Positions 18,217 through 27,930 of a stretch of DNA of 64,000 nucleotides are shown here, piece by piece (position 1 is the first letter of the stretch; each line of letters starts with the position of its first letter). Source of the stretch: Parcubacteria group bacterium (GTDB lineage Bacteria; Patescibacteriota; Microgenomatia; UBA1400; PJMF01). The translations under genes were made by a program, and so were the position numbers. The notes under the pieces were generated by a model. It was not told where the DNA came from. It searched no databases and saw only the letters and a program-made list of their open reading frames with translations. Location of the stretch: the NCBI GenBank assembly GCA_943350175.1, contig CALQZX010000001.1:97702-161701 (forward strand). The letters are read 5' to 3'.

Positions 18217-19734
18217 GTGAAACATATGTCGAATTTTAGCAAAAAAGTCGCCCTAATTATTCTTGATGGCTGGGCCGTCAATAAAGATTACGCTGGCAAT
18301 GCCATTAGTCAGGCCAAAGCTCCATTTTGGAAACATTTGTGGGCTGATGAGCCTCATGCTTTGCTAGAAGCTTCTGGCGAAGCCGTCGGCTTGCCAGATG
18401 GCCAAATGGGTAACAGCGAAATAAACCACGCTGCTATTGGTTCTGGAAGAGTGATTTATCAGGATTTGGTGCGCTTAAACAAAGCTGCTCGCGAAGGTGA
18501 CTTCGCTCGCAACGAAGTTTTTGTCAAAGCTTTCCAAAAAGCTAAAGAAGAAAATTCGAGTTTGCACGTCATGGGACTTCTCAGTCCTGGTGGCGTGCAT
18601 TCTCATCAAGACCATGTTTTTGCCTTGCTGAGAGCTGCTCATGAATTTGGTTTGAGTAAAGTTTTTGTTCATGCTTTCACTGACGGTCGTGACGTTATGC
18701 CACAAAGTTGCAGCGATAGTTTTGTGCAATTGGCTAAAGTTTGTCAGGAAACCGGCGCTCAATTAGCCACTGTTGGCGGACGTTATTACGCCATGGATCG
18801 TGATCATAATTGGGAGCGTATTGATCTGGCTTATCATGCAATTAAAGATCGCATCGGCCAAGCTTTTACCAGTGCTGATGAGGCGATTCAAGCTTCTTAC
18901 GCTGATAGTAAAAATGATGAATTCATCGTGCCTTGCTTGATCAAGGTAAGCGACGAGCAGGCTGCCAAAGTACAGGACAAAGATGTGATAATCTTTGCCA
19001 ATTTCCGCAATGATCGTCCTCGTCAATTAACAGAACGCTTCTTGGAGCAGGGACCAGAAAACATCACTTTTTTGACAATGACTCTTTACAACACTGATTA
19101 TAAGAAAGCCATTGTGGCCTATGGTCCACAATCTGTAGATCAGACTTTGGGTCAAGTTTTATCAGCTAATGGTATTCATCAATTGAGAGTCACTGAAACT
19201 GAGAAGTTTGCTCATTTAACTTTCTTTATGAATTGCAAACGTGAAGAGCCTTGGGCTATGGAAGATCGTTTCATGTTTGATTCCAATAAGGTGGCGAGCC
19301 ACGATATGATACCAGAGATGCGAGCCCTAGATATTGCTGGCAAAATTGTCGAAGAGATGAGGTCTGGTTTGCACGAGGTAATTTTATCCAACATTTGTAA
19401 TGGTGATATGGTTGGCCATACTGGCAATATTCCAGCTGCCATCGCTGCTGCTGAAGCAGTTAGCAAAGCTTTGGAGATGATTGTCCAGGCTGGTCAAGAA
19501 AATGGCTACATAGTGATCGTTACAGCTGATCATGGCAATTGTGATGAGATGCTGAGTGACAAGGGTGAGGTTTTAACACAACATAGTCTCAATCCAGTAC
19601 CTTTTATTGTGATCAGTGAGCAATACAAAAAACTCAAGAGAGATCAGGGTATTATGGCCGATGTAGCGCCCACAATTTTAACAATGCTCGGCATTGCAAA
19701 ACCACAAGAAATGACTGGCGAGAGTTTGGTCTAA
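18217..19734 (+). CDS. gpmI: 2,3-bisphosphoglycerate-independent phosphoglycerate mutase (copy 2, ~50% identical to copy 1)
   Basis: 505 aa. LIILDGWAVN, GQMGNSEINH, TADHGNCDEM. The start may be the Met at 18226. Confidence 0.9.
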   Translation: MKHMSNFSKKVALIILDGWAVNKDYAGNAISQAKAPFWKHLWADEPHALLEASGEAVGLPDGQMGNSEINHAAIGSGRVIYQDLVRLNKAAREGDFARNEVFVKAFQKAKEENSSLHVMGLLSPGGVHSHQDHVFALLRAAHEFGLSKVFVHAFTDGRDVMPQSCSDSFVQLAKVCQETGAQLATVGGRYYAMDRDHNWERIDLAYHAIKDRIGQAFTSADEAIQASYADSKNDEFIVPCLIKVSDEQAAKVQDKDVIIFANFRNDRPRQLTERFLEQGPENITFLTMTLYNTDYKKAIVAYGPQSVDQTLGQVLSANGIHQLRVTETEKFAHLTFFMNCKREEPWAMEDRFMFDSNKVASHDMIPEMRALDIAGKIVEEMRSGLHEVILSNICNGDMVGHTGNIPAAIAAAEAVSKALEMIVQAGQENGYIVIVTADHGNCDEMLSDKGEVLTQHSLNPVPFIVISEQYKKLKRDQGIMADVAPTILTMLGIAKPQEMTGESLV

Positions 19735-19783
19735 ACTTGGTTGATTTGCTAGTTTGCATGTCTGGTGCTAAACTGAAATTATT

Positions 19784-20164
19784 ATGTCAGGATATAGCAT
19801 TCAACTTGAACAAGCCACTTTAGCAAATAATAACTTTAGAAAAGTTCTTTACACTGCTCCTCATTCGCAGTTGGTTTTGATGTGTTTGCAGCCTATGGAA
19901 GAAATTGGCCTGGAAACTCATGCTGAGCACGATCAATTTATTCGTGTCGAAGCTGGTGAGGGTAAAGCCATCATTGGTGGTGAAGAATTCTTTTTGGCTG
20001 ATGGTGTGGCAATAGTTATTCCAGCTGGCAGCGCTCACAATGTGATTAATACTTCAGCCACTGAGTTTATGAAACTCTATACCGTTTACACTCCACCAGA
20101 GCATAAAGACGGCACCATTCATGCTACCAAGGCTGATGCGCTAGAGAATCCAGAGCATTTTTAA
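19784..20164 (+). CDS. Cupin domain protein
   Basis: 126 aa. Two-His/Glu cupin-like motifs (HAEHDQFIRV...IPAGSAHNVIN). Confidence 0.55.
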   Translation: MSGYSIQLEQATLANNNFRKVLYTAPHSQLVLMCLQPMEEIGLETHAEHDQFIRVEAGEGKAIIGGEEFFLADGVAIVIPAGSAHNVINTSATEFMKLYTVYTPPEHKDGTIHATKADALENPEHF

Positions 20165-20172
20165 ATTAAAAT

Positions 20173-20649
20173 ATGAGTAGTCTTAAAATTTCTTCCAAAG
20201 CTCCTGATTTCAAATTACCAGATCAAACTGGCAAAATTCATCAACTGTCAGACTATCAAGGCAAGTGGCTATTGCTCTATTTTTATCCCAAAGACAATAC
20301 TCCTGGTTGCACTGTTGAGGCTTGTTCTCTCAGAGATAGCTGGGCTGATTTTGGCAAATTAAACGCTAGTGTTTTGGGAATTAGTGCTGATTCGGTAGTG
20401 AGTCATCAGAAATTTGTTGATAAATTTAATTTATCTTTTCCAATTCTGGCCGACGAAGCTAAAGAAATGATCAAAAGTTACGGAGTTTTGGCAGAAAAAA
20501 GCATGTTTGGCAAGACTTTTCTTGGGATTAAACGTAGTTCTTTTTTGATTGATCCTCAGGGTAAAATCGCTAAGATTTATGAAAAAGTTAAGCCAGTTGA
20601 GCATGCTGCACAAGTTTTGCAGGATTTAGCAGGACTAGCTTCCAAATAG
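20173..20649 (+). CDS. bcp: Peroxiredoxin (Bcp / thiol peroxidase, AhpC-TSA family)
   Basis: 158 aa. YFYPKDNTPGCTVEAC peroxidatic Cys motif. Confidence 0.8.
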   Translation: MSSLKISSKAPDFKLPDQTGKIHQLSDYQGKWLLLYFYPKDNTPGCTVEACSLRDSWADFGKLNASVLGISADSVVSHQKFVDKFNLSFPILADEAKEMIKSYGVLAEKSMFGKTFLGIKRSSFLIDPQGKIAKIYEKVKPVEHAAQVLQDLAGLASK

Positions 20650-20652
20650 GGA

Positions 20653-21249
20653 TTATTTAATTGGACAAGTATCAGCTTGCCACAGGCCTTTTCCTTTACT
20701 TCTCGCCTCTTCTTCTGCAGCTTTGAATTTTTCCTGATATTTTATATCTGGTGGATATTTGGAAGATACGGCGTAGCCCTCTGTTACGAGCTGCTCGTTG
20801 ACGGAAATATCGCTTGATTCCAGATAAATATAACGCAGCAGTCGGCCATATTTATCCACCTCCGAAACATCTTTCTCTAGATAAATTTCTTGGCCTTGTA
20901 CTAATTCTTTGTTTTTAGCTGAGGCTTCTTTGCCAAAACATTGCTCACTGCGACGTGGATCAACAGTTTCTGGAGTGTCGATGCCGATGTAACGAACTTT
21001 CTTAGCTACTTTCTCAGCATCTTCTATTTCAATGGTGTCGCCGTCGATAACGCGCAAGACTTTGACTTTTTGTAAATTGCTTTTGGAAATAGTGGCGGAA
21101 GTAGTCGCATCAAGAACTTCATTTTGAGCTTGCTCTATTTGCACTTCCTTCGGTTCTTCTTGACCGACATCCTTGGGTACAAAAATTGTCCAGATGAGTA
21201 CTATTACCAGGCTAATAAGCAGGCGCTGATTCTTTTTACTGAGGATCAT
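20653..21249 (-). CDS. Membrane-anchored thermonuclease (SNase-like) family nuclease
   Basis: 198 aa. N-terminal TM anchor, then VIDGDTIEI...VRYIGIDTPE...YGRLLRYIY SNase motifs. Confidence 0.8.
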   Translation of the reverse strand: MILSKKNQRLLISLVIVLIWTIFVPKDVGQEEPKEVQIEQAQNEVLDATTSATISKSNLQKVKVLRVIDGDTIEIEDAEKVAKKVRYIGIDTPETVDPRRSEQCFGKEASAKNKELVQGQEIYLEKDVSEVDKYGRLLRYIYLESSDISVNEQLVTEGYAVSSKYPPDIKYQEKFKAAEEEARSKGKGLWQADTCPIK

Positions 21250-21274
21250 GATGATTCATTATATAATGTAGACA

Positions 21275-21997
21275 ATGCACTTGTTGAAACGAATCTGGCC
21301 ACTATTTTTACTGACTGTTTTTTTGGCTACTTTTGCTTTCTTTTTCAATTCCATCAATGAAAAAAACCTAATTGCGCAGAGAATTACGAAAATTTTTAGT
21401 GCTGCTGTTTCCAAAAGAAAAGTTGAAGTGATCACTCCAGTTCAGATTATAACTCTCGCTCCTACTGTAGTTGTTACTCTCACTCCTACGCCAACTCCAA
21501 CCAAAATTCCTACCCCAGTTGACCCTTATAGAAATGATCCAGATCTCAAGGATGCAGAATGGGGCAAAGCAGTTCAAGTGAGTGAAACTGGTTATCGAAT
21601 GAAGATCGGCTATGACTCGGTGATGGCTACTCCAGACGAAACTTTTAAGGCCTTGAATCTTTACCGTTATACCAAAGGCAAATCAAACTTAACTTGGGAT
21701 GATCGCCTGGCTAAATATGCCTTAGAGCGGGCCACCTTTGTCTGTAAAAACGGCTCGGATGGTCATGCTGGGTTTAGTGATTATGTTGAGAAACAAGAGG
21801 GCTATAAAACACTAGGCTTTTATAGTCTTGGTGAAAATATGAGCACACACATGAAGTTTACTGGCACTCACTTGATTGAATGGATGTATGCGGGTGATGA
21901 GGCACACGATGGCAATCAGCTTGGTGATTGGAGTCATGTGGGTGTGGGAATTTTTGAGGACTGCTCTTCGCTTATCTTTGGCAATAATATGATTTAG
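21275..21997 (+). CDS. Secreted CAP (SCP/PR-1/YkwD-like) domain protein
   Basis: 240 aa. N-terminal TM/signal, Thr/Pro-rich linker (TLTPTPTPTKIPTP), C-terminal CAP-like domain (HAGFSDY...GENM...). Confidence 0.6.
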   Translation: MHLLKRIWPLFLLTVFLATFAFFFNSINEKNLIAQRITKIFSAAVSKRKVEVITPVQIITLAPTVVVTLTPTPTPTKIPTPVDPYRNDPDLKDAEWGKAVQVSETGYRMKIGYDSVMATPDETFKALNLYRYTKGKSNLTWDDRLAKYALERATFVCKNGSDGHAGFSDYVEKQEGYKTLGFYSLGENMSTHMKFTGTHLIEWMYAGDEAHDGNQLGDWSHVGVGIFEDCSSLIFGNNMI

Positions 21998-22011
21998 GAA
22001 TTTTAATTGAG

Positions 22012-22587
22012 CTAGAGGTCTTTGACGTCTAAGTAGCCAATTTCGACATTCTGTGCGAATTCTCTGTCTGAAATGCTGTCGCCGATCATTAGATATTGGC
22101 TCTTATCGATTTTATCTGAGGCAATTAATTTAAAAGGAGCTGGACTTGGTTTAACATTTTCTACGTCATCGAGAGTGATAATTTTATCGAAATGATCAGC
22201 AATCTGTAGTTCTTTTAAGATGGGTGAAACAACTTCTCTAGAGTTGGAAGTGAGTAAATATAAGTTTTTGCCTTGTTGATAAAAAGTTTGTAGCAAGTTG
22301 AAGGTTGTCTCGATTAATTGGTATCCTTGATAGTTTTCTTTTTCCATTTTTAATTCAAACTGAATATAATCATCGCGAAAAGCTTTTCCATATTTGTTGA
22401 TAAATTGATGAATAGCGTACATGTGAAAATCAGTATTTTCATCAAAATTTGGTTCGAATCTCTTTATTATAGACATGACGCCAGGATACCAAGATGACCA
22501 GTCCATGATAATGGTGGCCAGGGTTTGATCAAAGTCAAAGATGACATTTTTATACGGCTTAAAGTCCATAAACATATATGCTACCAT
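22012..22587 (-). CDS. HAD superfamily hydrolase
   Basis: 191 aa. Motif I VIFDFDQTLA, motif II LLTSNS, motif IV GDSISD. Confidence 0.6.
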   Translation of the reverse strand: MVAYMFMDFKPYKNVIFDFDQTLATIIMDWSSWYPGVMSIIKRFEPNFDENTDFHMYAIHQFINKYGKAFRDDYIQFELKMEKENYQGYQLIETTFNLLQTFYQQGKNLYLLTSNSREVVSPILKELQIADHFDKIITLDDVENVKPSPAPFKLIASDKIDKSQYLMIGDSISDREFAQNVEIGYLDVKDL

Positions 22588-22600
22588 GAATTAAAAGGTC

Positions 22601-23422
22601 GTGATTATGAAAAAATCCATGGACATTCTCATTTGGGCATTTTTACTTTTTCTAATTACTCCTAGCGGTATGGCTTTGGCCTCATGGAATGCCGTCCCAG
22701 GAGATAGCACTTATGCTTGGAAGTTGTCTCTGGAGAGAGTTTTGCTCGCAGTACTTAGTCCTTCAGATAAACTTCAATCTAGTACTCAGGTCAAGCTTGC
22801 CGAAAGACGCTTTGGAGAAATGGAACAGGTTCTTGATAGTCAGTATGCTGTGGAAGGTTTGGATAATCTAAATAAGCAATTAGCTGCGACTTCTACTAAT
22901 ATTCAAAAAATTAACAAAGAAACCTCTCGTAGCGAGGTGACAGATCAATATATTGTTTCACTAAAGAAAATGTCTGCTTCCCTCGATGAGCAAAAGACTA
23001 AGGCTAAAACTGGAGAAATCGCTATTGTGGCACAGAAAAACAATGTGAATAAATCAGCTGACGAGCCAACGGCTAAGCCGACTACCAAACCTGTTGTTAA
23101 TAATCCTGTTGTTACAGTCACTCCTGTGATTCCAGGTACTCCAACCACTCAAGTGAGTGCTGCTCCATCGCCAGCTAGTGAACAGCAGGAAGATACGGCA
23201 GAAGTGATTGATGCTATTGAGGAAACTCAAGATGCAATTAACGATGCCATTGAGATATTAGAGCAAAACCAACAAAACAATCCAATTCAGGAAATGAAAG
23301 GCGAATTGAAAAAAAATAAAGGTGGAGATGATAATGAAGATAATAAAAAGGATTCAAATAAAGAATTGCTAGAGAAACTGGAAGAAAATAAAGGTAAAGG
23401 GAAAAATGATAGAGAAGATTAA
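22601..23422 (+). CDS. Secreted low-complexity protein (signal peptide; Thr/Pro-rich and Lys/Asp/Glu-rich tail)
   Basis: 273 aa. Hydrophobic N-terminus. No enzymatic motif. Confidence 0.45.
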   Translation: MIMKKSMDILIWAFLLFLITPSGMALASWNAVPGDSTYAWKLSLERVLLAVLSPSDKLQSSTQVKLAERRFGEMEQVLDSQYAVEGLDNLNKQLAATSTNIQKINKETSRSEVTDQYIVSLKKMSASLDEQKTKAKTGEIAIVAQKNNVNKSADEPTAKPTTKPVVNNPVVTVTPVIPGTPTTQVSAAPSPASEQQEDTAEVIDAIEETQDAINDAIEILEQNQQNNPIQEMKGELKKNKGGDDNEDNKKDSNKELLEKLEENKGKGKNDRED

Positions 23423-23497
23423 GTAACGACACAATTTTATTATTTGGTTTAATGTTTATTTTCTAAAATAGATTTATAATTTCATTGCTGTGTTTTT

Positions 23498-24109
23498 TTG
23501 ATACAATTATTATGCCTTATAAGTTTTGGTAGCAATGAAAGGTGGTTTATTATGGTAGAAAAAATTTTAGAAATTCAAAGTGAAGATCATTTGGAGAGTA
23601 TGCTGAGAACGAATGGAGTGCCGCTGGACGAATGGGACTCTTTTAAGGGAATATCTGACTTGTGGAAAGAGATAAAGTCTGGTGAAACACAGATGGTCCA
23701 AGAAGGAAAAGAGGTTGTTCGCCAAGTTGGAGTGGTAAGAATTCATGTATTTTATGAAAAAGGAAGAGTGAAGCTTAAGCTTATAGAAGAAAAGCAAGTA
23801 AGAAATGATGGAGAAGAAAGAGTTAGGGGTTTCGATTATGTTGCAGAAAAACAAAAAAAAGGTGAAGATCCAAATCGAGCTGGTGCAAGAGGTGTTCAGG
23901 AAGAACTAGGAATTTTTGTCAATCCAAGATCTTTGTCTAGTTTGGGCGCTAAAACTGAGGAGAGAGATAGTCCAAGTTATCCAGGGCTGAAATCTAGATA
24001 TAAAACGTATAACTTTGAGTTGCATCTGGAAGATTCTCAGTTTAATCCGGATGGCTACGTTGAAGAAGATGAAAAGAAAAGAACTTTTTTCAAATGGATT
24101 CCGGCATAA
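23498..24109 (+). CDS. Hypothetical protein (weak Nudix-box-like segment)
   Basis: 203 aa. ARGVQEELGI resembles the RExxEExGU part of a Nudix box, but a full box is not evident. Confidence 0.35.
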   Translation: MIQLLCLISFGSNERWFIMVEKILEIQSEDHLESMLRTNGVPLDEWDSFKGISDLWKEIKSGETQMVQEGKEVVRQVGVVRIHVFYEKGRVKLKLIEEKQVRNDGEERVRGFDYVAEKQKKGEDPNRAGARGVQEELGIFVNPRSLSSLGAKTEERDSPSYPGLKSRYKTYNFELHLEDSQFNPDGYVEEDEKKRTFFKWIPA

Positions 24110-24224
24110 AGGAATTTAAGGCTTATTCATGGGGAATATGAGCTTGCTCGCTTCACAAGAATAACTTTCACTAATCGTTACAGTTATTTTTCTTGTTCTC
24201 GCTGTGCTTCCTCATATAATTGAA

Positions 24225-24267
24225 CATAATGCTCCTCGCTTGCGCTCGCGTGCATTATTAGCTCAAT
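24225..24267. repeat. Conserved hairpin element (CATAATGC-N19-GCATTATT), copy B, 3' of tRNA-Glu
   Basis: cataatgctcctcgcttgcgctcgcgtgcattattagctcaatta aligns with 2017..2061. Confidence 0.6.
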
Positions 24268-24313
24268 TATCTGGACCTAAAATGATAGATTCTCTCATTG
24301 AGATCTTAAAACA

Positions 24314-24346
24314 TAAAAAAAGACGCTTGTTAGCGTCTCTTTTTAT
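24314..24346. terminator. Bidirectional rho-independent terminator 3' of tRNA-Glu
   Basis: aaaaaaAGACGCTtgttAGCGTCTcttttt. Confidence 0.55.
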
Positions 24347-24352
24347 GTTTTG

Positions 24353-24424
24353 TGACCCCATGGGGAATCGGACCCCAGTTATCTGGATGAAAACCAGATG
24401 TCCTAACCACTAGACGATGGGGCC
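24353..24424 (-). tRNA. tRNA-Glu (anticodon TTC)
   Basis: Revcomp GGCCCCATCGTCTAGTGGTTAGGAC, anticodon arm ATCTGG-TTTTCAT-CCAGAT, T-arm TGGGG-TCCGATT-CCCCA, acceptor TGGGGTC-A. The T-loop is unusual (UCCGAUU). Confidence 0.8.
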
Positions 24425-24450
24425 GTCTAGATTTGTAACAAATCTTTATT

Positions 24451-24810
24451 TTAAAGCCAGGTGACATTTTCGAAATGCTCTACTCTAGGCTTAGTCAAAT
24501 TACCAACGACTGATATGATATCAAATCTATGGCTTTTTTTAAACTGCTTTTTTCTTAAGTAGCTGTTGGCTACTCTAATCATGTTTTTTAATTTTTTTTG
24601 ATCGACTGCTTGGCTAGCGTCGCCGAAATCATCTTTGGCCAAGTATTTGACTTCGATGAAAACTATTTCATCAAATTGTCTGTCTAGTGCGATGATGTCT
24701 ATTTCGCAATTTCCAAGTCGCAAGTTCTTTTCCAAAAGCACATAACCCTTATTTTCAAGAAAGGCTAAGGCAAGTTCTTCGGCTTTAATTCCTTTGGAAA
24801 AATTAGGCAG
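24451..24810 (-). CDS. yraN: YraN family (UPF0102) predicted endonuclease
   Basis: [39 protein letters not shown]...IVFIEVKY matches the YraN fold. The true start is uncertain: there is no ATG near the family N-terminus, so a CTG at 24810 is assumed. The ORF-track GTG start at 24912 would overlap rplS by 110 nt. Confidence 0.55.
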   Translation of the reverse strand: MPNFSKGIKAEELALAFLENKGYVLLEKNLRLGNCEIDIIALDRQFDEIVFIEVKYLAKDDFGDASQAVDQKKLKNMIRVANSYLRKKQFKKSHRFDIISVVGNLTKPRVEHFENVTWL

Positions 24811-25156
24811 TCTTTTTTGCTTGAGCGAAAAGACTTTTTTCTTTAACTCTACTGGCGGCTTTACCGACTTTGTCACGTAAGTAATATAACTTACTACGTT
24901 TAACTTCACCACGGCGTTTGACTTCGATTTTTTTGATGCTAGGCATCATCAAAGGGAAGATCTTCTCAACACCAACACTGCCAGAGGCAATTTTGCGAAC
25001 GGTAAAGGTTTTGTTGACTTCACGATTTTTGATAGCAATCACTAGACCTTCAAAAACTTGAACTCTAGTTTTTTTGCCTTCACTAATTTCTTGGTGAACA
25101 CGCACGGTGTCGCCAACATTAATTTCTAGATCGTTGTAAGTAAAATTCTGTGCCAT
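24803..25156 (-). CDS. rplS: 50S ribosomal protein L19
   Basis: From [21 protein letters not shown]...QVFEGLVIA...KLYYLRD, canonical L19. Confidence 0.85.
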   Translation of the reverse strand: MAQNFTYNDLEINVGDTVRVHQEISEGKKTRVQVFEGLVIAIKNREVNKTFTVRKIASGSVGVEKIFPLMMPSIKKIEVKRRGEVKRSKLYYLRDKVGKAASRVKEKSLFAQAKKTA

Positions 25157-25215
25157 AACAAGCGAGTATTGTACCAAAGGAAATCACAAAAGTACAAGGT
25201 CAAAAACCAAATATC

Positions 25216-26934
25216 TTAATTTTTGCCTTTTTTGGCTTTCTCTTCCCAAATAGCGCGTAAATATTCAATAAAGATTGGATGTGGCTTGAGCGGAGCAGAT
25301 TTGTATTCTGGATGAGCTTGAGTTGCCAAGAAGAAAGGATGCATTTTTCTTGGTAATTCAATCATTTCTACAAAGAAGTCATCTGGACTGGTGCCGGAAA
25401 TAACAAAGCCTTTATCTTCCAAAGCTCTTCTGTATTCATTATTAAATTCAAAGCGATGGCGATGTCTTTCAGAAATGAGATTTTGTTTTTCATCTTTGAA
25501 AGTGCTGTGTTTTTTATAAATCTCGTGAGCCAAGGTACCTGGTTTCAAAATACAGTCATAAGCACCAAGTCTCATGCTGGCACCATCACCTTTGATTTTT
25601 TGGTATTTTGCTTCAAATGGAATCGAATGAATGATCTGGTATTTGGCTTTAGGATCGACTTCTTCGGTATTGGAATCTTTAAGTCCAGCTACGTTACGAG
25701 CAAATTCTATGGAAGCCAATTGCATACCATAACAAAGTCCTAGATAAGGAATTTTATTTTCACGAGCATAGCGAACAGCGTCAATTTTACCTTCGACTCC
25801 TCTACCACCCCAGCCGATTGGCACGATGATGCCGTCTACTGCTTTTAGATCTTCTAAAGCTTTTTTCTCTTTTTTCTCTAAACTCTCAGCATTGATAAAG
25901 ACGATTTCGACCTCAATTTTTTCATGCCATGAAGAGTGATTGATAGACTCTAGGAGCGAAGTGTAGGAGTCTTTGAGCTCGTAATCACCAGTGGCAATGT
26001 ATTTGGCAACGATGCCGATTTTGACCTTATTCTCCTTCTTAGCGTAGATGTTTGCGACCATGGCTCGCCAGTCTGTTAGGGCAATCTTCTTGGATTTGAG
26101 GCCAAGCTTTTTGAGCACTTTTTGACTGAAGTTTTGACGATCAAAAATAAGTGGAATTTCGTAGATGGATTTGCAGTCAGGATTAGAAATAATATCTTCC
26201 TGATTCATGGTACAAAAGTAAGCGACTTTTTCTTTACGCTTGTCATCAATTTCTAATTCACCACGCCCGACAATGAAATCTGGTTGAATGCCCATGGAAT
26301 TCAAAGCTTTGACAGAAAGTTGGGTTGGCTTGGATTTGAGTTCATTAATGTGAGAAGGAGCTGGGAAATAAGTGACGTGCAATAAAATGACATCTTTTGG
26401 CAAAGTCATTTTCATGATGCGATAGGCTTCGTAATAAACGATGTTTTGGTATTCCCCGGCTGTGCCACCGAGCTCGATCAAAACAACGTCATAATCCATA
26501 GAAGCTTCGCGAATACGACGAATCACTTCTTCTGGTACATAAGGAATAGCGTCAACAGTGGCGCCACCGTATTCGAGATTTTTGGTACGTTCAATGACGG
26601 TGCTGTAAATCTGACCCATGGTAGTGAAATTTTTGAAGCCTACTTCTCTACCTAAGAATCTCTCGTAAGAGCCAAGATCTAAATCAGCTTCCAAGCCGTC
26701 TTCACAAAGAAAGACGTCGCCGTGTTCAACGGGATTGATGTTTCCAGAATCAAGATTTAGGTAATTTTCACACTTAATATTGGTGACGTTGTAACCTTGC
26801 TCTTTGAGCAGCACACCCAAAGATGCGGCTGTAACGCCCTTTCCAAGTCCTGAAAGTACACCACCAGAAACGAAAATGTACTTCGTTGAGCTTTTACCTT
26901 TTGTTTGTTTGAGGAATCCGCGTATGTCTATCAT
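25216..26934 (-). CDS. pyrG: CTP synthase
   Basis: 572 aa. N-terminal synthetase domain (KYIFVSGGVLSGLGKG) and C-terminal glutamine amidotransferase (GLCYGMQ, HPE). Confidence 0.9.
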   Translation of the reverse strand: MIDIRGFLKQTKGKSSTKYIFVSGGVLSGLGKGVTAASLGVLLKEQGYNVTNIKCENYLNLDSGNINPVEHGDVFLCEDGLEADLDLGSYERFLGREVGFKNFTTMGQIYSTVIERTKNLEYGGATVDAIPYVPEEVIRRIREASMDYDVVLIELGGTAGEYQNIVYYEAYRIMKMTLPKDVILLHVTYFPAPSHINELKSKPTQLSVKALNSMGIQPDFIVGRGELEIDDKRKEKVAYFCTMNQEDIISNPDCKSIYEIPLIFDRQNFSQKVLKKLGLKSKKIALTDWRAMVANIYAKKENKVKIGIVAKYIATGDYELKDSYTSLLESINHSSWHEKIEVEIVFINAESLEKKEKKALEDLKAVDGIIVPIGWGGRGVEGKIDAVRYARENKIPYLGLCYGMQLASIEFARNVAGLKDSNTEEVDPKAKYQIIHSIPFEAKYQKIKGDGASMRLGAYDCILKPGTLAHEIYKKHSTFKDEKQNLISERHRHRFEFNNEYRRALEDKGFVISGTSPDDFFVEMIELPRKMHPFFLATQAHPEYKSAPLKPHPIFIEYLRAIWEEKAKKGKN

Positions 26935-27015
26935 TACGGGATTTTATTCTAAGCGGGAGCTTCGGTTTTGGGTAGGGGGAGTTTTTTCTTATTTAAAACA
27001 AGCATTAATAGTGTC

Positions 27016-27321
27016 TTATTTTTTTCGACGCTTTGCAATTTCTGTTCGTATGTTATTTGCTGTGTATTCATATCCCAATTCTCTACCTTGCTCTATTAAT
27101 GCCTCAACTTCTTCCAATGATGTGGGTACACCTGCATCTTCTGTTGATGCAAATGAAGACAATAGAACAGAAAATCTATTTGCGTCTTCGGGGTTTTTTA
27201 CAATACGTTGAAGCACCCCTTCTTCATCTCTGAATTCAGCGGATCCGTATTTAATTTTAGAAAAATACTCTACGGCTTCTCTTCTGTTTTTAAAAAGTTT
27301 CTCTGTCATGTGAAAAGTCAT
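27016..27321 (-). CDS. Small hypothetical protein, Nif11-like domain suspected
   Basis: 101 aa. ...LEEVEALIEQGRELGYEYTANNI resembles the Nif11 hallmark (..AkeaGFeFtaeel). Preferred over the overlapping plus-strand 66-aa ORF. Confidence 0.35.
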   Translation of the reverse strand: MTFHMTEKLFKNRREAVEYFSKIKYGSAEFRDEEGVLQRIVKNPEDANRFSVLLSSFASTEDAGVPTSLEEVEALIEQGRELGYEYTANNIRTEIAKRRKK

Positions 27322-27372
27322 TTTACTACATTGTTTTGTTGTAGTAAAAGCATGGTGCTAAAATAAATTCAT

Positions 27373-27930
27373 ATGCTCAAAAAAATCTATACCAAAACTG
27401 GTGATCAGGGTAAAACAGCTCTCATCAGTGGTGAGCGTTTGCCAAAAAACAGTCTGGTTTTTGAAGTTCTTGGTACTTTGGATGAGTTTAATGCAAGCTT
27501 GGGTTTGGTTGTGTTGAAGTTCGGAAATTTGTTGAACGATAAAGTATCTTTACGCGAAAAAGCTTTATTAATAGACCTACAAAACGAACTATTTAAGCTT
27601 GGCGCAGAAATTGCTGCTTCTCCCAGAGTCAAGCTTGATGATAATTTTGTAAAAAAACTAGAAAAAGAAATTGACTTTTTACAAAACGATCTTGGAGAGA
27701 ATTGGCGCTACAAATTTGTTTTGCCAGGAGGCTCAGAAATAAGTGCTTTTCTAGATCTCTCCCGCACGATTTGTCGCCGTTTGGAGCGCCGCTTCGTCAC
27801 ACTTGATAACGAGAGAGACGTTCGCGAAGTAGTTCTGCAATTCGTCAACAGAATTTCTGATTATCTCTACACTCTACGAACTTGGGTCAATAAAGAGTTG
27901 AAGACGGAAGAAATTGAATTCAAGCTTTAG
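27373..27930 (+). CDS. ATP:cob(I)alamin adenosyltransferase, PduO-type (MMAB family)
   Basis: 185 aa. N-terminal IYTKTGDQGKTALISGERL....LGTLDEFNASLG matches the PduO-type motif. Confidence 0.7.
   Translation: MLKKIYTKTGDQGKTALISGERLPKNSLVFEVLGTLDEFNASLGLVVLKFGNLLNDKVSLREKALLIDLQNELFKLGAEIAASPRVKLDDNFVKKLEKEIDFLQNDLGENWRYKFVLPGGSEISAFLDLSRTICRRLERRFVTLDNERDVREVVLQFVNRISDYLYTLRTWVNKELKTEEIEFKL

Noticed and set aside
24810-24912. GTG start at 24912 for the YraN gene
   Set aside because: It would overlap rplS by 110 nt in a different frame and add 35 residues with no counterpart in YraN proteins. A start near 24810 is more plausible, though the exact start codon remains unresolved.
27033-27233. 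66-aa plus-strand ORF antisense to 27016..27321
   Set aside because: It is hydrophobic with low complexity (LLCIHIPILYLALLMPQLLPMMWVHLHLLLM) and lies wholly inside the better-supported minus-strand ORF, so it is likely an antisense artefact. Many other antisense ORFs embedded in gpmI, pyrG, hsdR, OLD and similar genes in the ORF track were ignored for the same reason.
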